Source: an uncultured delta proteobacterium (GTDB lineage: Bacteria > Desulfobacterota > Binatia > JACPRU01). From it: a stretch of 64,000 bases of DNA. Positions 58,024 to 64,000 of this stretch are shown piece by piece (position 1 is the first letter of the stretch; every line of letters begins with the position of its first letter). The notes under the pieces were generated by a model. It saw nothing but the letters and a program-made list of their open reading frames with translations. It was not told where the DNA came from and ran no database searches. The position numbers and the translations under genes are program-made. The stretch is from positions 320,001 to 384,000 of the forward strand of contig CAVUWD010000013.1 in NCBI GenBank assembly GCA_963745025.1. The letters run 5' to 3'.

Positions 58024-58439
58024 GCTCGAGCCCTCTGAAATTTGGGGATTGCGAGCCCCTCGTCGATGTCTTCGAACACCACCTCGACCGGCATGCCGAT
58101 CGTTACCGCATCCGAGGGAGTCTTGACGACGTTGGTGAGGATACGCGGACCCTCATCGAGCTCAACGTAGGCCATCACGTAAGGCAATTCATCCCGGAAA
58201 CCCGCTGCCTGGTTCTGGTAGGTGACGGTGAACGTATACACCGTGCCGCGTCCGCTCGCGCGGAGGTACTCCGTCTTCGAGGAGAGGCACGAGGGACAGA
58301 GGGCCCGCGGATAGAAGCGAATCGTCGAGCAGGACGCGCACTTCTGGAGATAGAGCTCATGGCGCGCGCAGGCGTCCCAGAACCAGCGGTTCTCCTCGTC
58401 GAGATGCGGAAGCGGCTTCTTGTAGTCCTTGCGAGCCAT
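58020..58439 (-). CDS. Zn-ribbon OB-fold (DUF35/ChsH2-C) protein
   Basis: FWDA..LQKCASC..YPRALCPSC..SGRGTVYTFT..VELDEGPR. Confidence 0.92.
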   Translation of the reverse strand: MARKDYKKPLPHLDEENRWFWDACARHELYLQKCASCSTIRFYPRALCPSCLSSKTEYLRASGRGTVYTFTVTYQNQAAGFRDELPYVMAYVELDEGPRILTNVVKTPSDAVTIGMPVEVVFEDIDEGLAIPKFQRARA

Positions 58440-59596
58440 CAGAACGAGCTGCCGAGAACGAGCGTCGCTCCGCTGTGCCGGCGGGAGATGACGCCTCCCG
58501 TGCCGTGGCAGAGTACCACCGCGCATTTCTTCACCTGCCGCGCTCCGGCCTCGCCGCGGAGCTGCTTGACGCCTTCGATGACCAGGAAGATGCCGCGCAT
58601 GCCGGGATGGTTCGACGAGAGCCCGCCACCGTCGGTGTTGGTGGGGCAGGGCCCGTCGAAGCCGAGCCGTCCTCCGGAGACGAACGCACCTCCTTCACCG
58701 CGCTTGCAGAAGCCCAGGTTCTCGAGCGTGAGCAGCACGGTGATCGTGAACGAATCGTAGATCATCCGCAGGTCGACTTCGCGATGGCTCACTTCCGCCA
58801 TGGCCATTGCTTTCGGGCCCGACTGCGCCGCCGCAACCTCGAGCAAGTCCTCGTGGCCGACTCCGGTGTGGCGCACGGCTTCGGCGGCACCGAGCACGAA
58901 CGCCGGCTTCTTCTTCGCGTCTCGCGCGCGCTCCGCCGAGGTGACGACCAGCGCGCCGCCTCCATCGGAGATCATGCAGCAGTCGAGAAGGTGGAGCGGA
59001 GAGGAGACCACGCGCGAGGCGAGCACGTCCTCGATCGTGATCGGATCGTGATACTTGGCCGCGGGGTTGAGCGAGGCGTGGCGGCGCGTGGTGACCGCGA
59101 TCTCGGCTAGCTGCTCGGCGCTCGTGCCGTATTCGTGCATGTGGCGCATTGCCGCCATCGCGTAGTTGCCGACCACGGTGGGGCCGTAGATCGCCTCGTA
59201 GGCGTCCGGCGGGTCGCCGAACGCACCGCTGCCGCCGGTGCCGACGGCGAAGCGCTCCGAGGCGGCGGTCGACCCGTAGAGGATGAGTACCGTGCTACAG
59301 AGGCCGGCGGCGATCGCCGCCGAGGCGTGCCCGACGTGGGCCACGAACGAGGAGCCGCCGAGGTTCGTCGAGTCGAGATAACCCGGCCGCAGGTTCAGGT
59401 GGTTGGCGAGCGCGATCACCCCCATCGGCCCGACGCCTGCGGTGCAGAGCCCGTCGACGTCGCCGATGATCAAGCCCGCGTCTTCGAGCGCGCCGCGCGC
59501 AGACTCGGTCATGATCTGGTACTGCGTCATGTGCGGCGCGTAACGAGTCGGGTGTTCGTAGACCCCGACGACGGCCGTCTTTCCCCGCAGGCTCAC
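58439..59596 (-). CDS. Thiolase-superfamily protein (SCP2/Ltp2-like, no nucleophilic Cys)
   Basis: GGSSF at the Cys position, LHLLDCCMISDGG, IYDSFT, NTDGGGLS..HPG. Confidence 0.9.
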   Translation of the reverse strand: MSLRGKTAVVGVYEHPTRYAPHMTQYQIMTESARGALEDAGLIIGDVDGLCTAGVGPMGVIALANHLNLRPGYLDSTNLGGSSFVAHVGHASAAIAAGLCSTVLILYGSTAASERFAVGTGGSGAFGDPPDAYEAIYGPTVVGNYAMAAMRHMHEYGTSAEQLAEIAVTTRRHASLNPAAKYHDPITIEDVLASRVVSSPLHLLDCCMISDGGGALVVTSAERARDAKKKPAFVLGAAEAVRHTGVGHEDLLEVAAAQSGPKAMAMAEVSHREVDLRMIYDSFTITVLLTLENLGFCKRGEGGAFVSGGRLGFDGPCPTNTDGGGLSSNHPGMRGIFLVIEGVKQLRGEAGARQVKKCAVVLCHGTGGVISRRHSGATLVLGSSF

Positions 59597-60399
59597 GGCA
59601 GCCGCTCCAGGAAGGAGTCGATCGCCGCGTGCAACGCATCGGGGCGCTCCCGGTAGAGATAGTGCCCCGCGCCCGGAAGCTCCACCCGCTCGGCGCCGGC
59701 AATAGCGGCGGCGAGCGCTGCCGCGTCCGCGGGCGCCGCAATCGTGTCCTTGGAGCCGTAAATCACCAGCGCCGGCATACGCAGCTCACCGAGGCGCGGG
59801 CGGAAGTCCGCTCTGCGGACGGCCAGGAGGTCGAAGTAGCGCACGCGCGGGTCGGTCTGCACCTGCAGCGCCCATCCCTCGCGCATGACCTCGAACGGTA
59901 CGTCGTCTCCGTATCCGGCATTGCCGAACGGCTGGGGCGCCCGGCCGGTCATCACCGTTCGCCACATCTCGACCGACTCTTCCGACAGCGCGATGCGAGC
60001 TGCCGTGGACATTAGCACGAGCGCCTGGACACGCTGCGGCGAGCGCAGGGCAAGGTCGAGCGCGACCAGACCACCCATGGAAGTGGCCACGAGGATGGCG
60101 CTAGCGATACCGAGTCGATCGAGGAGCGCGATTGTCGAGCTGGCGTAGGCTTCGATCGAGGGGAGCGCCTCGGTCCCCGAGGATCGCCCGTGGCCTGGCC
60201 AATCAAAGGCGATCGGGCTGTGTCGTGCCGCGAAATAACGAAGCTGGCGCTGCCAGACGGCGCCGGTCGAGCCGGCGCCATGCAGAAACAGGAGCCGCTT
60301 ACCGCGCGACAAATCGGGCGGCACGCCGGGCAGCGTGGTCGGCGGCGCATGGAGCACGTTCACCGCGTGGCCGGCGATCTCGAAGTATTTGCTCGGCAT
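59593..60399 (-). CDS. Alpha/beta hydrolase
   Basis: FLHGAG, DWPGHGRS, ATSMGG, GSKD, AGHY. Confidence 0.88.
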   Translation of the reverse strand: MPSKYFEIAGHAVNVLHAPPTTLPGVPPDLSRGKRLLFLHGAGSTGAVWQRQLRYFAARHSPIAFDWPGHGRSSGTEALPSIEAYASSTIALLDRLGIASAILVATSMGGLVALDLALRSPQRVQALVLMSTAARIALSEESVEMWRTVMTGRAPQPFGNAGYGDDVPFEVMREGWALQVQTDPRVRYFDLLAVRRADFRPRLGELRMPALVIYGSKDTIAAPADAAALAAAIAGAERVELPGAGHYLYRERPDALHAAIDSFLERLP

Positions 60400-60435
60400 G
60401 GAAGGGCTGAATGCAATACCACCCGCGACGGTAAA

Positions 60436-60708
60436 TCAACCGGACCATTCCGTCGGATCGAGGGTTTTGAGCGCGAGCGCATGGACCTCGTGCTTCAGGA
60501 GATCGCCGAGCGCTTGATAGACGGCTCGATGACGCTCCAGCGTCGAGCGGCCGCGAAACGCCTCGGAGACGATCACACACGAGAAATGGCTTCCCCCCGC
60601 GGCCGCTCCGGCGTGTCCGGCGTGCTGGCCGCTCTCGTCGAGGATCTCGAGATGGGTAGGTGCGAGGGCTTGTTGCAACCGGCTTTCGATTCGTTCGGCT
60701 GTAGTCAT
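60436..60708 (-). CDS. bolA: BolA family protein
   Basis: LEILDESGQHAGH, SHF..IVSEAFRG...RHRAVY..HALAL. Confidence 0.92.
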   Translation of the reverse strand: MTTAERIESRLQQALAPTHLEILDESGQHAGHAGAAAGGSHFSCVIVSEAFRGRSTLERHRAVYQALGDLLKHEVHALALKTLDPTEWSG

Positions 60709-60715
60709 CGGCTGC

Positions 60716-61204
60716 TCAGTCGAGCTCAGTCAGTGGCCACGATCGAAAATCGCGCTGGTAGATGACCCCGCCTTCGCGGCTGAAGACGAGAAAACGGTCG
60801 ACCGGCTCGGCCAGCGAGCCGTCCTTCAGATACTCCGCGCGCCGGTGCGCGAGCACTTCGTCGCCGTTCCCACGGCCCGATCTGGCGAGCGTCCAGGCCT
60901 GCTCGTCGTCCCAGACCGAGAGCCGCGCTCGCTCCTCCTTCTGTGCCGCCCGGGCGACGTAGTTTCCGAATCCCGCGAGTTTCCGCTCGCCGAGCGTCGG
61001 CGCCACGAGCACGGCGTCATCGGCGAGCCATTGGAACGGCACGGGCGAGAGCTCGAGATCGAGCCCGAGGCGCGCCGGCGCTGGGTGGGGGGCCCGCGCC
61101 TGCGGTGCTCCGCGGCGGATCGAAGCGCAAGCCGCGGTGACGACGAGCAACGCCAGAACGACCGTCGAGGCGGTTCTGGGAGTCGGGCGCCAAGCTGCAA
61201 GCAT
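60716..61204 (-). CDS. Hypothetical lipoprotein
   Basis: VVLALLVVTAAC lipobox-like; fills the gap co-directionally with bolA. Confidence 0.55.
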   Translation of the reverse strand: MLAAWRPTPRTASTVVLALLVVTAACASIRRGAPQARAPHPAPARLGLDLELSPVPFQWLADDAVLVAPTLGERKLAGFGNYVARAAQKEERARLSVWDDEQAWTLARSGRGNGDEVLAHRRAEYLKDGSLAEPVDRFLVFSREGGVIYQRDFRSWPLTELD

Positions 61205-61292
61205 GCAGCGAGCGTAGCAAGCGGAGAGGTGAAAATCGACGCGGCCCGTGGACCCGCCGCGTGGCGCCTGCTACATGCGGCGGGGCGACCGG

Positions 61293-61928
61293 ATGCTCGA
61301 CTGGATCCTGCAATTTCTCCATCAGCTCTACGACGTCCGCGGCCTCATCGAGTGGGGCGGGCTCGCCATGCTCACCGGGATCGTGTTCGCCGAGACCGGC
61401 TTGCTGTTCGGCTTCTTCCTGCCGGGCGACTCGTTGCTCGTCACGGCCGGAATCTTCGCGGCCGCCGGCGCGCTCGACGTCGTCACGGTGATCGCCATCT
61501 TGAGCGTCGCTGCGGTGAGCGGCGACCAGCTCGGCTACTGGATCGGTCTCACCACGGGACCGAAGGTCTTCTCCCGCGAGGACTCGATCTTCTTCCACAA
61601 GCGCCACGCCGAGCGCGCGCAGCAATTCTACGACCGCCACGGCGGCAAGACGATCATTCTCGCCCGCTTCATCCCGATCATCCGCACGTTCGCTCCGGTG
61701 GTCGCCGGCGTCGGCAAGATGGAATACCGGCGCTTCGTCGCCTACAACGTCGTCGGGGGCGTCGCGTGGGTCTGGGGCTTGACGCTCGCCGGCTACGGCC
61801 TCGGCAAGACCATCCCCAACATCGAGAAGAACATTCACCTCGTGATCGCGATCGTCATCTTCCTGTCGATCCTTCCCGGCATCATCGAATTCGCGAAGGC
61901 GAAGCTCGGCGCCGCGGCCGAGTCGTAG
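61293..61928 (+). CDS. DedA family membrane protein
   Basis: IVFAETGLLFGFFLPGDSLL, GDQLGY, ARFIPIIRTFAP. Confidence 0.95.
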   Translation: MLDWILQFLHQLYDVRGLIEWGGLAMLTGIVFAETGLLFGFFLPGDSLLVTAGIFAAAGALDVVTVIAILSVAAVSGDQLGYWIGLTTGPKVFSREDSIFFHKRHAERAQQFYDRHGGKTIILARFIPIIRTFAPVVAGVGKMEYRRFVAYNVVGGVAWVWGLTLAGYGLGKTIPNIEKNIHLVIAIVIFLSILPGIIEFAKAKLGAAAES

Positions 61929-61929
61929 G

Positions 61930-61951
61930 GGCCTCCGGAGGAGGCCTTTTT
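61930..61951 (+). terminator. Intrinsic terminator after dedA
   Basis: GGCCTC-CGGAG-GAGGCC-TTTTT between convergent dedA and lysR. Confidence 0.7.
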
Positions 61952-61953
61952 CT

Positions 61954-62871
61954 TCAGTCCGCTTCCGTGTTCGCCTCGGCCTCGTCCGGCGCGTTCTTGC
62001 TCGTCAGGAATTCGATGAAACGCTCGGCGGCGGGAGAGAACTGCTTTCCCCTCCGATGGATGATGGCGAGCGGGCGAGAGAGCTGTTCATCGCTGAACTG
62101 CACGACCGTCAACGTTTCGCTCTTGACCTCGGACTGAACCGCCGGCTCGGGAACGATGGCGACCCCTTGACCGACTTCGACGAAGCGCTTGATGGTGTCG
62201 ATGTTGTCGACTTCCGAGACGTAGCGGAGCGCCACACCGCGGGCCCGCAGCGCACGATCGATCGCACGCCGCGTGGCGATGTCACGCTCGAAGCCGATTG
62301 CCGCCTCCCCGTGGATCCTCTGTATCGAGATCTGCTTGTAGGAAGCGAGCGGATGCTGCGGGTGGCAGATCAACACCAGGCGGTCCTCGCGGAAGGGCAT
62401 TATGACGAGCTGCGGGCGCCGCGCCGGGTAGGCGACGATGCCGAAATCGATCGAGCCGCGCAACACGTCTTCCTGGATCTCGCTGGAGCGACTGTAAGCG
62501 AGCTGGACCTTCACCTGCGGGTAGGCGCGCAGAAAGCGCCGCAGCGGCGACGACAGCTCGTAGAGGCCTACGCTGTAGACAGTGGCGATTCGCAGCGTGC
62601 CGCCGACGCGATGACTCAAGGACTGCAGGCCGCCCTCCATCTCGAGATATCGCTGGACGATCTCTTTGCTCGCTTGGTAGACGATCTCGCCCGCCGGCGT
62701 GACCCGCACGGCGCCGCGCGTGCGCTCGATCAGCTTGCAGCCGTACTTGGTTTCGAGTGCGCGGATCTGTTGGCTGACCGCCGATTGCGTGATGAAATTC
62801 TGGGACGCGGCGGTCGAGAAGCTGCGCGTCTCGGCGACGTCACAGAAGACCTTCAGGGTCTCGATGTGCAT
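61954..62871 (-). CDS. LysR-family regulator
   Basis: LKVFCDVAETRSFSTAA..ITQSAVSQQIRALE; substrate domain with DNIDTIKRFVEVGQG. Confidence 0.95.
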   Translation of the reverse strand: MHIETLKVFCDVAETRSFSTAASQNFITQSAVSQQIRALETKYGCKLIERTRGAVRVTPAGEIVYQASKEIVQRYLEMEGGLQSLSHRVGGTLRIATVYSVGLYELSSPLRRFLRAYPQVKVQLAYSRSSEIQEDVLRGSIDFGIVAYPARRPQLVIMPFREDRLVLICHPQHPLASYKQISIQRIHGEAAIGFERDIATRRAIDRALRARGVALRYVSEVDNIDTIKRFVEVGQGVAIVPEPAVQSEVKSETLTVVQFSDEQLSRPLAIIHRRGKQFSPAAERFIEFLTSKNAPDEAEANTEAD

Positions 62872-62944
62872 GAATAAGTTTTTTTTGTTGGAAACCGGCG
62901 TTGAAATTAGATTAACGTTGACCGCCAATGCAAGGGGGAGCCGC

Positions 62945-63763
62945 ATGATCCGACCGGGTAAGCTCCATCATGCAGCGCTACGCGTCGCCGACTTCGAGCG
63001 GTCGAAGGCGTTCTACGAGGGGGTGCTCGGGATGAGCACCGTGCCGCGTCCCGATCTCGGTTTTCCAGGGGCTTGGTACGGTCTCGGCGATGGACAGCTG
63101 CACCTCATGCAGTGCCGGAAGTACGGCGAGGGGCCGATCGACCCGACCGAGGCGCACGTGGCAATCGAAGTCGAGGACTACGAAGCCACCAAGGCGACGC
63201 TTCGCCAACGCGGCGTCGAGTTCCTCGAACTCGGGCCTCAGCTGTGGATCCACGATCCCGACGGCTACACCGTCGAGCTCCGGCAGAAGGGGAAGCGGCC
63301 TTCCGCTCGGCCGGTCGACTTGGCCCGCGGGATGAGGAACAGGGGCAAGCACTGGCTCTTCAAGACCGAACCCTCCACGTACTCGTTCGCTCAGCTCCGC
63401 GCCGAAGGCCGGACCACCTGGGACGGGGTGAAGAATCCACTCGCGCTGAAGCATCTGGCGAGCGTCGCCGACGGCGATTCCGTGTTCATCTACCACACGG
63501 GGGACGAGAAGGCGGTCGTCGGCGTCGCGCGCGCCGCGAGCGACCCCTACCCCGACCCGAAGACGAAGGATGCGAAGCTCCTGGTCGTCGATCTCACGCC
63601 GCTGCGGGCGCTGGCGGAGCCGGTTCCTCTGGCAGCGATCAAGGCGAGCAAGCGCTTCGCCGGCTTCGATCTCGTGCGCCTGCCGCGATTGTCGGTCATG
63701 CCCGTTTCCGAAGCGCAGGCGGACGAGATCGAGAGGATGGCCAAGGAGCGCTCGATTCGATAG
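62945..63763 (+). CDS. VOC (glyoxalase) domain in frame with an EVE domain
   Basis: LHHAALRVADFERSKAFY..HVAIEV..DPDGYTVEL, linker, then HWLFKTEPSTYS..WDGVKN..FIYHTG..PRLSVMPV. Confidence 0.85.
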   Translation: MIRPGKLHHAALRVADFERSKAFYEGVLGMSTVPRPDLGFPGAWYGLGDGQLHLMQCRKYGEGPIDPTEAHVAIEVEDYEATKATLRQRGVEFLELGPQLWIHDPDGYTVELRQKGKRPSARPVDLARGMRNRGKHWLFKTEPSTYSFAQLRAEGRTTWDGVKNPLALKHLASVADGDSVFIYHTGDEKAVVGVARAASDPYPDPKTKDAKLLVVDLTPLRALAEPVPLAAIKASKRFAGFDLVRLPRLSVMPVSEAQADEIERMAKERSIR

Positions 63764-63824
63764 AAGCCCTCTTCTTCCCGCGCGGGGGGTGGACTCTGCG
63801 CGGCGGCGTTTGGGGTGAGGCCCG

Positions 63825-64000
63825 ATGGAATCGCGCAAGCTGAAGTTCGGCGTCACGCTGCCGCAATGGGGGGCGACCTGGTCAGAGGTGAAGGAGATCG
63901 CGCTCCTCGCCGAAGAAGTGGGCTTCGACTCCGTGTGGGTGGCGGATCACTTCCTCGGCGTCGGCTCGGAGGATCCGCTCGAAGCCTGGACGGAGATGAC
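63825..64000 (+). CDS. LLM-class flavin-dependent oxidoreductase (runs off right edge)
   Basis: MESRKLKFGVTLPQWG..AEEVGFDSVWVADH..LEAWT. Confidence 0.88.
   Translation, partial: MESRKLKFGVTLPQWGATWSEVKEIALLAEEVGFDSVWVADHFLGVGSEDPLEAWTEM

Overview
GC-rich (visually about 65-70%) bacterial chromosomal window. Its style and content (CaiB/BaiF transferases, hydrolases, thiolase-DUF35-MaoC, LLM oxidoreductase) suggest a Binatia/Myxococcota-like soil or sediment organism; this is inference only. I found no rRNA, tRNA, CRISPR array, integrase or transposase. Main blocks: (1) an ImcH-like 7-heme inner-membrane cytochrome; (2) an emfourin + protealysin pair in reversed order; (3) a two-component/TolC/MFP/RND/DUF1259/chrA/chrC-like metal island; (4) a porin + small PBP-like protein + HAMP kinase + sigma54 activator module next to a secreted Cys-rich gene with a correctly spaced -24/-12 promoter; (5) a TetR-linked B12 acyl-CoA mutase operon with non-canonical specificity residues; (6) a codon-shifted GcvT-type demethylase + hydantoinase A/B cassette between one intact and one decayed VapBC; (7) an Ltp2-like aldolase/DUF35/PHP/MaoC operon; (8) a VOC-EVE fusion. 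The strongest non-coding signal is a dispersed hairpin element (5 units at 3 loci) with a conserved leader and apex but lower stems that are completely swapped yet still paired. Many intergenic gaps hold recognisable scraps of deleted genes. All family calls come from motif recognition by eye, not database searches.
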